Made by a program: the position numbers and the translations under genes. The notes beneath the pieces are model-generated. The model worked only from the letters and a program-made list of their open reading frames with translations, did not search any database and had not been told where the DNA came from. A stretch of 45,771 bases of DNA from Verrucomicrobiota bacterium (GTDB taxonomy: Bacteria; Verrucomicrobiota; Lentisphaeria; Lentisphaerales; Lentisphaeraceae), in NCBI GenBank assembly GCA_039798785.1, contig JBDKFG010000036.1, positions 1 to 45,771 on the forward strand, given 5' to 3'. Of this stretch, positions 35,231 through 45,009 are shown piece after piece (position 1 is the first letter of the stretch; every line of letters starts with the position of its first letter).

Positions 35231-37606
35231 ATGCAAAAATCCTCATATTTAATGCTCATTGCCCTGGTCGTCGCCGCCTGCGCCCGCGGACCCGAGTCCA
35301 AGCACAAGCCGGTCTCCTACAATCACGACATCCGCCCGATCCTGGCGGACAACTGCTTCGGCTGCCACGGCTCCGATCTGAACAAGGCCGAGGGCAAGCT
35401 CAGCCTGATGGACTTCGCCCACGCCACCAGCCCCCGCAAGGACGAGCCGCCGGCGATCATTCCCGGCAAGCCCGAGCAGAGCCTGCTGGTCGAGCGCATC
35501 CGCGACGCCGACGACCCCATGCCTCCCGAGGACAGCCACAAGACCCTGACGGCCCAGCAGAAGGAGCTGCTCACCCGCTGGATCGCCGAGGGCGCCAGAT
35601 ACGAGAAGCACTGGGCCTACGAGCTGCCCCGCGGCAGCGCCACCCCCGCAGTGAAGGATGCCGGCTGGCCGCTCTCCTTCCCCGACAACTACCTGCTCGA
35701 ACGCCTGGAGTCCGAAGGGATCAAGCCCGCTCCCGAGGCCGATCGCGCCACTCTCTGCCGCCGCCTCTACCAGGACCTGCTCGGCCTGCCGCCCACGCCG
35801 GAGCAGCTGGACGCCTTCCTCGCCGACCAGCGGCCCGACGCCTACGAGCGGCTCGTCGACCAGCTCCTCGCCAGCCCGCACCACGCCGAACGCCTGGCCA
35901 CCTATTGGTTCGACCTGGTGCGCTATTCCGACACCGTCGGCCTGCACGGCGACCAGGAGCACAAGGCCGCCCTCTACCGCGACTGGGTGATCGCCTCCTT
36001 CCTCAAGAACATGCCGCACGACCACTTCATCCAGTGGCAGCTCGGCGGCGACCTGATCGAGGGCCTCAGCCCCGAGGAGCGCAACGACGCCCTCATCGCC
36101 AGCTGCTACAACCGCCTGATCATGACCACCCACGAAGGGGGCGCCCAGCCCAAGGAATACACCGCCCTCTACATGGCCGACCGCGTCCGCAACACCTCGC
36201 TCGCCTTCATGGGCGCCTCGATGGGCTGCTGCCAGTGCCACGACCACAAGTACGACCCCTACACCGCCAAGGACTTCTACGCCCTCGGCTCGGTCTTCGC
36301 CGACATCGACGACCTGGCCCACCTGAAGAACCAGTACCGGCCCCAGAACAACCGCGAAGTGACCCTGCGCGAACCGGAGATGGACCTGCTCTCCCCTCTC
36401 GACCGCCAGCGCCAGGCCGGCCTGACCGCCGCCGCCGCCACCGAGCAGAATCCTGAGCGCCAAAAGGCCCTGCTCGCCGAGGCCGGGGCGATCAAGCCGC
36501 GCACCGTCATGGTCAGCAAGGCTTCCGCCCCCCGCGAAGTCCGCTTCCTCCCCCGCGGCAACTGGATGGATGACAGCGGCCCGGTGATGAGCCCCGAAGT
36601 CCCCAGGTTCCTCGGCTCCTTCGCCAAACTCGGCGTCAAGGACCGCCGCGCCAACCGCCTCGACTTCGGCCGCTGGCTGACCGCGCCCGACGCCCAGGGC
36701 GGCTGCGGCGAGCTCACTGCCCGCGTCTGGGTCAACCGCCTCTGGTGCCTCTTCTACGGCCAGGGCCTGTGCCCTTCAGTCGACGACCTCGGCGGCCAGG
36801 GCGAGATCTGCAACCACCCCGAGCTGCTCGACCGCCTCGCCCTCGAATTCGTCGCCGGCGGCTGGGACAACCGCAAGTTCATCCGCATGCTGGTCACCAG
36901 TCGCGCCTACCGGATGAGCTCGGTCGCCGCCCCGGCGGTGATGGAGAAGGACCCGCGCAACCTGCTCTTCGCCCGCCAGGGCCGCTGGCGCCTGACCGCC
37001 GAACACATCCGCGATACCGCCCTCGCCGCCAGCGGCCTGCTGGTCAGCGACATCGGCGGCCCCACCTGCCGCCCCTACCAGCCCGAGGGCTACTACCAGC
37101 ACCTGCAGTTCCCCGACCGCACCTACCATGCGGACAAGGACGCCAAGCAGTGGAAGCGCGGCGTCTACGTCCACTGGCAGCGCATGTTCGTCCACCCCAT
37201 GCTGAAAGCCTTCGACGCTCCCAGCCGCGAGGATTCCTGCCCCCGCCGCGGCGTCACCAACACCCCTCTCGGCGCCCTCACCGTCCTCAACGACCCGAGC
37301 TTCACCGAGGCCGCCCGCGTCCTCGCCGGGAACGCCCTCAAGGCCGGCGGCGATGACGAGGCCCGCTGCCGCTTCATCCTGCGCCGCTGCCTGTCGCGCC
37401 CCGCCGCCGAGGCCGAGATCAAGGTCCTGCTCAAGCTCCTGGCCGGCGCCCGCAAGAGCTTCGCCGCCCGCCCCGCCGAGGCCGCCAAGCTGCTCGCCGT
37501 CGGCCTCGCCCCGCTCGACAGGAGCCTGCCCGCCAGCGAGCTCGCCGCCTTCACCCAGGTCGCCCGCGTCGCCCTCAACCTTCACGAAACCATCACCAGG
37601 GACTGA
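35231..37606 (+). CDS. Planctomycete cytochrome c + DUF1549 + DUF1553 (PSD1) protein, copy 1
   Basis: Lipobox VVAAC; YNHDIRPILADNCFGCH; WIAEGA; DLLGLPPT; CCQCHDHKYDP; NHPELLDRLA; LTAEHIRD; TNTPLGAL; LNLHETITRD. Confidence 0.92.
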   Translation: MQKSSYLMLIALVVAACARGPESKHKPVSYNHDIRPILADNCFGCHGSDLNKAEGKLSLMDFAHATSPRKDEPPAIIPGKPEQSLLVERIRDADDPMPPEDSHKTLTAQQKELLTRWIAEGARYEKHWAYELPRGSATPAVKDAGWPLSFPDNYLLERLESEGIKPAPEADRATLCRRLYQDLLGLPPTPEQLDAFLADQRPDAYERLVDQLLASPHHAERLATYWFDLVRYSDTVGLHGDQEHKAALYRDWVIASFLKNMPHDHFIQWQLGGDLIEGLSPEERNDALIASCYNRLIMTTHEGGAQPKEYTALYMADRVRNTSLAFMGASMGCCQCHDHKYDPYTAKDFYALGSVFADIDDLAHLKNQYRPQNNREVTLREPEMDLLSPLDRQRQAGLTAAAATEQNPERQKALLAEAGAIKPRTVMVSKASAPREVRFLPRGNWMDDSGPVMSPEVPRFLGSFAKLGVKDRRANRLDFGRWLTAPDAQGGCGELTARVWVNRLWCLFYGQGLCPSVDDLGGQGEICNHPELLDRLALEFVAGGWDNRKFIRMLVTSRAYRMSSVAAPAVMEKDPRNLLFARQGRWRLTAEHIRDTALAASGLLVSDIGGPTCRPYQPEGYYQHLQFPDRTYHADKDAKQWKRGVYVHWQRMFVHPMLKAFDAPSREDSCPRRGVTNTPLGALTVLNDPSFTEAARVLAGNALKAGGDDEARCRFILRRCLSRPAAEAEIKVLLKLLAGARKSFAARPAEAAKLLAVGLAPLDRSLPASELAAFTQVARVALNLHETITRD

Positions 37607-37610
37607 GACC

Positions 37611-39011
37611 ATGTTCACCGACAACTCCAGCCGCCGCCACTTCCTCGGCCAGGCCTCGATGGGTCTGGGCCTCGCCGCCCTGGGCAGTCTCGGCGGCAAT
37701 CTCTTCGCCGCCCCCGCCGCCGCTCCGGGCCAGAGCGGGCCGCACTTCCCGGCCAAGGCCAAGCGGGTCATCTTCCTGTGCATGGCCGGCGGCCCCAGCC
37801 ACCTCGAGACCTTCGACTTCAAACCGCGGCTGCGCGAGCTGCACGGCAAGCCGATGCCGGCGGAATTCACCAAGGGTCAGCCCATCGCCCAGCTCCAGGG
37901 CAAGGCCCTCAACTGCTTCGGCCCGCAGACCGGCTTCAAGCGCCACGGCAAGAGCGGCACCGAGATCAGCGACTTCCTCCCCCACATCGCCTCCATCGCC
38001 GACGACATCACCGTCGTCCGCTCCATGGTCACCGAGCAGATCAACCACGACCCGGCCCACACCTTCCTCAACTGCGGCACCATCCTGCCCGGCCGCCCCA
38101 GCATGGGCTCCTGGGTCACCTACGGCCTCGGCACCGCCAACGCCAACCTGCCCTCCTTCGTCGTCCTCACCAGCAAGAGCAGCCAGGGCGTGCAGCCGAT
38201 CGGCAACCGCCAGTGGAGCGCCGGCTTCCTCCCCGGCCGCTGCCAGGGCGTCGAATTCCAGAGCAAGGGCGCCCCCGTCCACTACGTCGCCAATCCCGAC
38301 GGCATCAGCCGCGGCGACCAGGCCGAGGCGATGCAGGCCCTGGGCGAACTCAACCGCATGCGCCAGGCGCAGATCCACGACGCCGAGCTCGAGACCCGCA
38401 TCGAGCAGTACGAACTCGCCTTCCGCATGCAGATGAGCGTGCCCGAGCTCACCGACCTCTCCCAGGAGCCGCAGACAGTTCTCGACGAATACGGCGCCAA
38501 ACCCGGCGACGGCAGCTTCGCCAGCAACTGCCTGCTCGCCCGCCGCCTCGCCGAACGCGGCGTCCGCTTCATCCACCTCTACCACCGCGGCTGGGACTTC
38601 CACGGCGGCCTCGTCTCCGGCATGAAGGAGAGCTGCGCCAAGACCGACAAGCCCACCGCCGCCCTAATCCGCGACCTCAAGCGCCGCGGCCTGCTTGAGG
38701 ACACCCTGATCGTCTGGGGCGGCGAGTTCGGCCGCACCCCCATGGCCCAGGGCGACGGTCGCGACCACCACATCAAGGGCTATTCGATGTTCATGGCCGG
38801 CGGCGGCTTTAAGCCCGGCATCACCTACGGCGCCACCGACGAGCTCGGCTACCACGCCGTCGAGAACATCGTCAACGTCCGCGACCTGCACGCCACCCTG
38901 CTCAAGCAGCTCGGCCTCGACCACCAGCGCCTCAGCTACCGCTTCCAAGGCCTCGACGTCAAGCTCACCGGCGTCAAGCCGGCCCGGGTGGTCAAGGAGA
39001 TCCTCGCTTAA
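37611..39011 (+). CDS. DUF1501 family Tat-exported protein
   Basis: SRRHFL Tat motif; AKAKRVIFLCMAGGPSHLETFDFKP; RPSMGSWVTYGLG; CLLARRLAERGVRF; WGGEFGRTP; GRDHH. Confidence 0.93.
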   Translation: MFTDNSSRRHFLGQASMGLGLAALGSLGGNLFAAPAAAPGQSGPHFPAKAKRVIFLCMAGGPSHLETFDFKPRLRELHGKPMPAEFTKGQPIAQLQGKALNCFGPQTGFKRHGKSGTEISDFLPHIASIADDITVVRSMVTEQINHDPAHTFLNCGTILPGRPSMGSWVTYGLGTANANLPSFVVLTSKSSQGVQPIGNRQWSAGFLPGRCQGVEFQSKGAPVHYVANPDGISRGDQAEAMQALGELNRMRQAQIHDAELETRIEQYELAFRMQMSVPELTDLSQEPQTVLDEYGAKPGDGSFASNCLLARRLAERGVRFIHLYHRGWDFHGGLVSGMKESCAKTDKPTAALIRDLKRRGLLEDTLIVWGGEFGRTPMAQGDGRDHHIKGYSMFMAGGGFKPGITYGATDELGYHAVENIVNVRDLHATLLKQLGLDHQRLSYRFQGLDVKLTGVKPARVVKEILA

Positions 39012-39268
39012 CTTGCTCCCCCCCCCGAGAGCCCTTTCGTTCTATTGCCCGCCTCCGGTTCAAGGTGAAAGGAAAGCAAAGGTCGAAGCAATTTCAGGCA
39101 GAGATGATGCCTAAAGACCACACCGGAATAAACGACTAGGTTCGCTGAAGATCAGGTGTCGGAACAGTAGGAATTCACCTCATTTCCCGAAAGTCTTAAG
39201 ACGAGCTCGATATTGACCGCATCGCGGGGTGACTGCTCTCTCAAAAATCCTCAAATTAAGGAAAATCT

Positions 39269-40099
39269 ATGCAACGCAACAGACGATTGAGAGTGCTGTC
39301 CACCGAAGGATTGAGCGCCACCGGTGAGGTGATCCCGCTCATTGCCCATGTGGCCGAGGCTGAAGCATTGCCAGGATACCGATGGGAATGCGCGACTCGC
39401 AAAGACTTCAGTTGGTTGCTCAAAATAAGTTTGGACGGTTGCGGCGTTTTTGAGCGCAATGGCCAAACATGGGAAATGAGTCCCGGAAGAGCGTTCTTCT
39501 GCGCCGTGAACGATCCAGGAGTCATTTATTCGATAGCACCGCACTCAAAAAGCTGGCGATTCCTGTTCTGTGCACTTACTGGCCACGGATGCCAGGGACT
39601 GGCAAAGATGATCCTCGAGCAACGTGGCGCCGTCTTCGATTGTGGTGTCAAGACCCCCTTGGTACATCGCCTGCAGACTGAATTGGCTGGGCGCGGCGAG
39701 CTGCCGAGACAAGCTAATAGCCAGTTGGTTCTGGATATTTTTTCTGCACTTCTAAACTGGCCAGTCCCAGGAGGGGTACGATTGTCATTAAGCGAATCGG
39801 CAAAACAATTCATCCGAGAACACATCCAGGAACCACTTACGGTACAACTCGTTGCTGCCCATCTTAACATAAGCCCTGAGCATCTGAGTCGGGTTTTTCG
39901 CATGGAAGTCGGCATGACCTGCCAACAGTGGCTTCTTGAAAAACGTGTCGACCTTGCGTGCCGGATGCTTCGCGAAACTGACTTGCCAGTGAAAAATCTT
40001 GCAGGACAAATGGGAATGGAGTCTAAGCATTTCTCAACCTGGTTCCACCAGCGCACTGGCTTCCTGCCTATGGCATGGCGCAAGAGGATTGCGACCTAA
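39269..40099 (+). CDS. AraC-family transcriptional regulator, copy 2 (paralog of 34133..34963)
   Basis: Collinear with copy 1: WLLKISL/WLLKITL, GRAF..AVND, QRG.VFDCG, EPLTV, ISPEHLSR, TCQQW, ETDLP.K. Confidence 0.92.
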   Translation: MQRNRRLRVLSTEGLSATGEVIPLIAHVAEAEALPGYRWECATRKDFSWLLKISLDGCGVFERNGQTWEMSPGRAFFCAVNDPGVIYSIAPHSKSWRFLFCALTGHGCQGLAKMILEQRGAVFDCGVKTPLVHRLQTELAGRGELPRQANSQLVLDIFSALLNWPVPGGVRLSLSESAKQFIREHIQEPLTVQLVAAHLNISPEHLSRVFRMEVGMTCQQWLLEKRVDLACRMLRETDLPVKNLAGQMGMESKHFSTWFHQRTGFLPMAWRKRIAT

Positions 40100-40429
40100 T
40101 CCTTGAGGCCTGCGACCCTATTTCGGGCAAGCCTTCATCCCAGATCCACACTTTTGCATCGGGGGCTGTCCTTATTCCAGGGGAAAATGCATTAAGACGG
40201 CTCTGTCAAGTGCGGCTCTCCAGTCGGCCCCTGAGGCTGAGCTCAGAGCATTGACTGCCCCTGACTGCCCGCTTATCTGAAGTGCACTTGCTCGCGACAT
40301 CAGAGATGGGGGCATTTCTCAGATTGTCGGAGTCAATCATCTGTGGCGAAGATCATGTTTTCGCCTGGAACTCCGGTGCTGTCGACGAGCTCAATTTGAC
40401 TAGTAAAAATGCCTTGGGAGAAACAATTC

Positions 40430-43321
40430 ATGAAACTGCTCTGTCTTCTTGCATTGTGGGGTGATTCTCCCGCCGAGTTGGCCCCGCCTGAAAAAGTGGA
40501 GTTCAACCGTGACATCCGTCCGATCTTTTCGGATACTTGCTTCCACTGCCACGGACCGGATGAACATGAAGCCAAGGCCAAGCTCCAGCTGCACGACTTC
40601 TCCCATGCCACCAAGCCTCTCGACAGCGACGCCAGCCTGCGAGCCATTGTTCCCGGCAAGCCCGAGCAATCAGAAGCGCTAAAACGCCTCTTCTCTGACG
40701 ACGAAGAAGAGCTGATGCCTCCCCTGAAGGCCCATAAGACCCTCACCGCACATCAGAAAAATCTGATTAAAAAATGGATCGAGCAGGGCGCAGAGTATCA
40801 GGAACACTGGGCCTACCGTCCGGTCGTGCGTCCAGCCGGAGCTCCAAGCCAGACCTCCAAAGCCGCCGACATCCTGATCGCCAAGGCTCTCAAGGAGGCC
40901 GATATCCATGCCAGCCCCGCCGCATCGCGCGAACAGCTCCTCCGTCGCCTTGCCTTCGACCTCACCGGACTGCCGCCGAAATCGGCACTGCTCAAGAAAT
41001 ACCTTGCCGACGACTCTCCCGCTGCACTGGACCGCTGCGCCGATGAGCTCATCGCCTCGCCGGCCTTCGGGGAACGCCTCGCGGTCCACTGGATGGACGT
41101 CGTGCGCGCCGCCGACACGGTAGGTTATCACGGTGACCAGGACCAACCCATCGAGCCCTACCGCGATTACATCATCCGCTCCTTCAACCAAGACAAGCCC
41201 TTCGATCGCTTCACCCGCGAACAGATTGCCGGCGACCTCATCAAGGACGGCGATGAGGATGCCCGCATCGCTTCCTGTTACAACCGTCTCAATGCCCAGT
41301 CCGAAGAGGGCGGCGCCCAGCCCGGCGAATATCTTGCCAAATACCAAGCCGACCGCGTTCGCAACACCGCCCAGGCTTGGCTCGGCTCAACGCTGGGTTG
41401 TGCAGAATGCCACAATCACAAATATGACCCATTCACCCAGAAGGATTTCTATTCGTTCGCAGCCTTTTTTGCTGATATCGAAGAGGTCGGGGTTTACAAC
41501 ATCACCGTATTTGGCGATGTCCGCTCGGGAGATCGACTTCACGATCCGATGTTGATGACAAAACTCCCTAAATCGGCGGCCGCGGCGCAGGAAAAACTAT
41601 GGAGTGATCGCAGCTCGCAACTCGCCACCAGCCGGTCTCTGGTCGGCAAGGGTGGCTTCACCATTTCTCCGATCACCGAGATCAAAGCCGCCGAGGGCTC
41701 TAGATACGTAATCCGGCCTGACGGCTCGGTTCAAGCTCAGGATGTCGCTGCAGGATCTGAGTCGATCACGATCTCTGCCGACGTACCTAAGGATTCACGC
41801 TTCCTACGCTTGCGCTTCAAACCTCTGCATGGGGGCAAGGGCCATTCGCTGGCTCCTGACGGCAATTTTTTCATCCACAACCTTGGTGTCGAAGACTCCC
41901 AAGGTCGGAAAGTCAAAGCAGCCGCGATCTCCGCAGATTCATGGCCGCTTAGCTATCCCCCGGAAAACATTCTGAGGGCACAAACCAACCAGTATGGCTA
42001 CGGATGGACTCCAGGGCCGGAACAACCTAGCCAGGATCACTTCCTATTGATCGAGCTCAAAGAAGCCATCGCCGGCAAAGTCACCATCCGCCTGGACAGC
42101 AACTCCTCCTATGCCTCTCAGATCCCTGCTCATTTCGCCCTCGAATCCGCGCCTCAATTCGAGGAATGGAAGAAAGCCCACGCCATTCTGGAAAAAACCG
42201 AGGCGGACATCCGCGCCTTGAGCAAGAGTCCTGGACGCCCTGTCGTCAACACACGGGCCTGTCCGCCCCGCCAAGTGCGCCTGCTCAACCGTGGCAACTG
42301 GCTCGACCTCACAGGCGAAATCGTCCAGCCGGCGGCACCGGCCTGCCTTGATGGCATCGCCAGCACCCCCGAACGCCGCCTGAACCGCCTTGATCTAGCC
42401 GACTGGCTCATGGCTTCAAACAATCCCCTCACCGCCCGGGTCTTTGTCAATCGCATCTGGGCCCTCTACATGGGCGCCCCGCTGAGCGGCAAGGCCGGCG
42501 ACTTCGGCTCGCAAGGCGAATTCCCTTCAAATCCCGAACTGCTCGACCTCTTGGCAGCGGACTTCATGAAGGATTGGTCCGTGAAAAACCTGGTGCGCTC
42601 CATCGTCAGCACCGAGGCTTACCGCCGCTCCTGCATCGCCAGCCCGGCGCAGCTCGCCGCCGATCCGAAGAACCGACTCTATTCACGCCAGAGCCCGCGC
42701 CGCCTCGAATCAGAATTCATCCGTGACCACGCCCTTGCCGTCTCCGGCCTGCTCGTCGATGAACAAGGCGGCGAACAAGCCTACCCCTATCAGCCTGCCG
42801 GGTTCTACGCCTCGCTCAACTTCCCGCAGCGTGAATACCCGGTAAGCAAGGATAGTCAACAGTGGCGCCGCGGCGTCTACATGCATTGGCAGCGCACCTT
42901 CCTCCACCCCTTCCTGCAGAACTTCGACGCCCCCAACCGCCAGGACTGCACTCCCCTGCGCTCCCGTTCGAACACGCCCCTGCAGGCGCTCTCCCTGCTC
43001 AACGACCCGCAGTTCGTCGAAGCCGCCACATTCTTCGCACAGCGTATCGAGAAGGAGGCTCAGGGCGATGACGAAGGCCGCATCCGCTGGGCCGTCAAGA
43101 CCGCTCTCGGTCGCGAGGCCTCGGCCGAAGAAGTAGCCGCCCTCTTCACGGTCCGCCAGCTCGACCTTGCGGCCTACGCCAAAGATCCTGCGGCCGCCGC
43201 AAAACTCCTCGGGGCCGGCATCGCCCGCCGCCCCTGGGACACTGAGCCCGCCAGCATCGCCTCCTGGACCGGCGTCGCTCGCGCGCTGATCAACTCCTCC
43301 GAATTCATCACGATTTATTGA
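40430..43321 (+). CDS. Planctomycete cytochrome c + DUF1549 + DUF1553 protein, copy 2, with an extra inserted domain
   Basis: FNRDIRPIFSDTCFHCH, DLTGLPP, CAECHNHKYDP, NPLTARVFVNRIW, SNPELLD, RLESEFIRD, SNTPLQAL. Start ATG 40430. Confidence 0.92.
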   Translation: MKLLCLLALWGDSPAELAPPEKVEFNRDIRPIFSDTCFHCHGPDEHEAKAKLQLHDFSHATKPLDSDASLRAIVPGKPEQSEALKRLFSDDEEELMPPLKAHKTLTAHQKNLIKKWIEQGAEYQEHWAYRPVVRPAGAPSQTSKAADILIAKALKEADIHASPAASREQLLRRLAFDLTGLPPKSALLKKYLADDSPAALDRCADELIASPAFGERLAVHWMDVVRAADTVGYHGDQDQPIEPYRDYIIRSFNQDKPFDRFTREQIAGDLIKDGDEDARIASCYNRLNAQSEEGGAQPGEYLAKYQADRVRNTAQAWLGSTLGCAECHNHKYDPFTQKDFYSFAAFFADIEEVGVYNITVFGDVRSGDRLHDPMLMTKLPKSAAAAQEKLWSDRSSQLATSRSLVGKGGFTISPITEIKAAEGSRYVIRPDGSVQAQDVAAGSESITISADVPKDSRFLRLRFKPLHGGKGHSLAPDGNFFIHNLGVEDSQGRKVKAAAISADSWPLSYPPENILRAQTNQYGYGWTPGPEQPSQDHFLLIELKEAIAGKVTIRLDSNSSYASQIPAHFALESAPQFEEWKKAHAILEKTEADIRALSKSPGRPVVNTRACPPRQVRLLNRGNWLDLTGEIVQPAAPACLDGIASTPERRLNRLDLADWLMASNNPLTARVFVNRIWALYMGAPLSGKAGDFGSQGEFPSNPELLDLLAADFMKDWSVKNLVRSIVSTEAYRRSCIASPAQLAADPKNRLYSRQSPRRLESEFIRDHALAVSGLLVDEQGGEQAYPYQPAGFYASLNFPQREYPVSKDSQQWRRGVYMHWQRTFLHPFLQNFDAPNRQDCTPLRSRSNTPLQALSLLNDPQFVEAATFFAQRIEKEAQGDDEGRIRWAVKTALGREASAEEVAALFTVRQLDLAAYAKDPAAAAKLLGAGIARRPWDTEPASIASWTGVARALINSSEFITIY

Positions 43322-43324
43322 AAA

Positions 43325-43596
43325 ATGTTAAAAGCTTTCCTTACCGCATTCGTCTTGCCCTCGGCAATCTTGCCAGCAGCCACAGCTCCGGTCAAGGGGG
43401 GGGTCAAGGCTGGCCACTCGATCTCCGGCGTATCAGTCTGGAACGGATTTGCATGGAAACACTTCAATGGCTCAAGGTCCCCTCGGCGAATACATCTACG
43501 ACATCGAATCCCCTCGACGGCTCGGTCTGGCGCGCCCCAAAGGCCGGACAGCGCCTCTTTCGCCCGGACCGCGACGGCGCGATCCGCGCCTGGTAG
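43325..43596 (+). pseudogene. Frameshifted remnant of a secreted beta-propeller (two-component regulator propeller-like) protein
   Basis: Signal-like MLKAFLTAFVLP, then across three frames AGHSISGVSVWNGFAWKHFN / AQGPLGEYIYDI / NPLDGSVW. Confidence 0.55.
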
Positions 43597-43670
43597 ACCA
43601 CGGAAAATCACCTTGTGAATTCAGATAGTTTTGCCTTGAGATTAACAAATTGAAATGAAATGGAGGATAT

Positions 43671-44972
43671 ATGAAAAAATTAACAAGCAATCGTCGCCTT
43701 TTTATCCAAGGAGGATTGATAGCCTCTGGAGGAATTTTGATGAATGCGGATGAATTGAATGATTCTGGAATGCCGCCCATTAAAATTGCTCTGGTAGGGT
43801 GTGGTGGCAGGGGTTTTGGTGCTGCTATACAAGCACTTGAAGCAAATCCCAATGCAGTAGTTTATGCACTGGCTGATTATTTTGATGATGCTCTAAACGC
43901 TGCAATGGATAAATTTTTAAACATTGCTAAACAGCGTCCCAAACAAATCGACATAGGAAATCGAAGGTTTTCAGGTTTAGACGCTTATCAAAAAGCAATA
44001 ACCTCAGGTTGCGATCTTGTCATTTTAGCAACCCCTCCTGGATTTCGTCCTTTGCATTTTGAATATGCAATCAAGCAGAATAAGCATGTTTTTATGGAGA
44101 AGCCCGTAGCCGTGGATGCACCTGGTGTTCGCCAAGTACTGGCAGCCACGGAAGAAGCAAAAATGAAAAATCTGTACGTGGCTGTAGGTCTGCAGCGGCG
44201 TCATCAGAGTAATTATATTGATGCATATAATCAGTTTAAAAGTGGGGCCGTTGGCCGTATTCTTAGTGGCCGTGTTTATTGGGTCATCGGTACACTGTGG
44301 TATCGTGAACAGATCAGCAATGAATTCGATTATCAAATGAGAAACTGGTATTATTTCAACTGGCTTTCAGGTGATCAAATCTGTGAGCAGCATATTCATA
44401 ACCTTGATGTATTTAACTGGTTCAATGGTGGACATCCACTCAAAGCCCGCGGCTTCGGAGGTCGAGAAGTTCGTAAAGGGCAGAAGAAATTTGGAGAAAT
44501 CTTTGACCATACATCAATTGAATTTACTTACGAAAATGGAGTAACCATGCAAAGCTACGGGGGGCATATCGATGGCGCTTGGGCAGATATTTCTGAACAT
44601 ATGATTTGCGAGAAGGGCAGGATTGATTTAAATCATTCAGGTTCAAAAATATATGATCATGACGGGAAGAGTATATGGAAGTTCTCCGGGAAAAATGAAG
44701 TCGGCTGGTCCGCCGAATGGACTGATTTAATGAAAAATCTAGCCGCGGGTAAGATTTTGAACGAGGGCGAATATGGTGCCCATTCGACATTAACTGCAAT
44801 CCTTGGTCGGACTTGTGCTTATTCGGGAAAAGAAATCACTTGGAATGAAATTCTGAATTCAAATTTCCGATACTTCGACCCTGAGGTTGTTGGAAAGAAA
44901 AACACCTTGGTAATGCCGGATAAAGATGGCTTATACCCTTGTGCCATACCGGGCGCAACAAAATGTTTTTAA
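43671..44972 (+). CDS. Tat-exported Gfo/Idh/MocA family oxidoreductase
   Basis: GGAGG RBS; NRRLF Tat motif; ALVGCGGRGFGA Rossmann motif; ATPPGFRP; MEKPVAVD; GLQRRH; RNWYYFNWLSGD..EQHIHNLD. Confidence 0.93.
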   Translation: MKKLTSNRRLFIQGGLIASGGILMNADELNDSGMPPIKIALVGCGGRGFGAAIQALEANPNAVVYALADYFDDALNAAMDKFLNIAKQRPKQIDIGNRRFSGLDAYQKAITSGCDLVILATPPGFRPLHFEYAIKQNKHVFMEKPVAVDAPGVRQVLAATEEAKMKNLYVAVGLQRRHQSNYIDAYNQFKSGAVGRILSGRVYWVIGTLWYREQISNEFDYQMRNWYYFNWLSGDQICEQHIHNLDVFNWFNGGHPLKARGFGGREVRKGQKKFGEIFDHTSIEFTYENGVTMQSYGGHIDGAWADISEHMICEKGRIDLNHSGSKIYDHDGKSIWKFSGKNEVGWSAEWTDLMKNLAAGKILNEGEYGAHSTLTAILGRTCAYSGKEITWNEILNSNFRYFDPEVVGKKNTLVMPDKDGLYPCAIPGATKCF

Positions 44973-45009
44973 ATCAGTTAAAATAAACATAAAAACACGG
45001 AGAATAGAA

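Noticed and set aside
3000..38603. Many long antisense or alternate-frame ORFs (e.g. 3000-5228 -, 8428-10449 +, 28373-30448 -, 29272-31113 +)
   Set aside because: These are shadow ORFs expected from high GC3 codon bias. They overlap well-supported genes and lack motifs.
39018..39026. C9 tract as a phase-variation switch
   Set aside because: It is intergenic, just after the DUF1501 stop and about 240 nt from the next start, with no evident promoter context.
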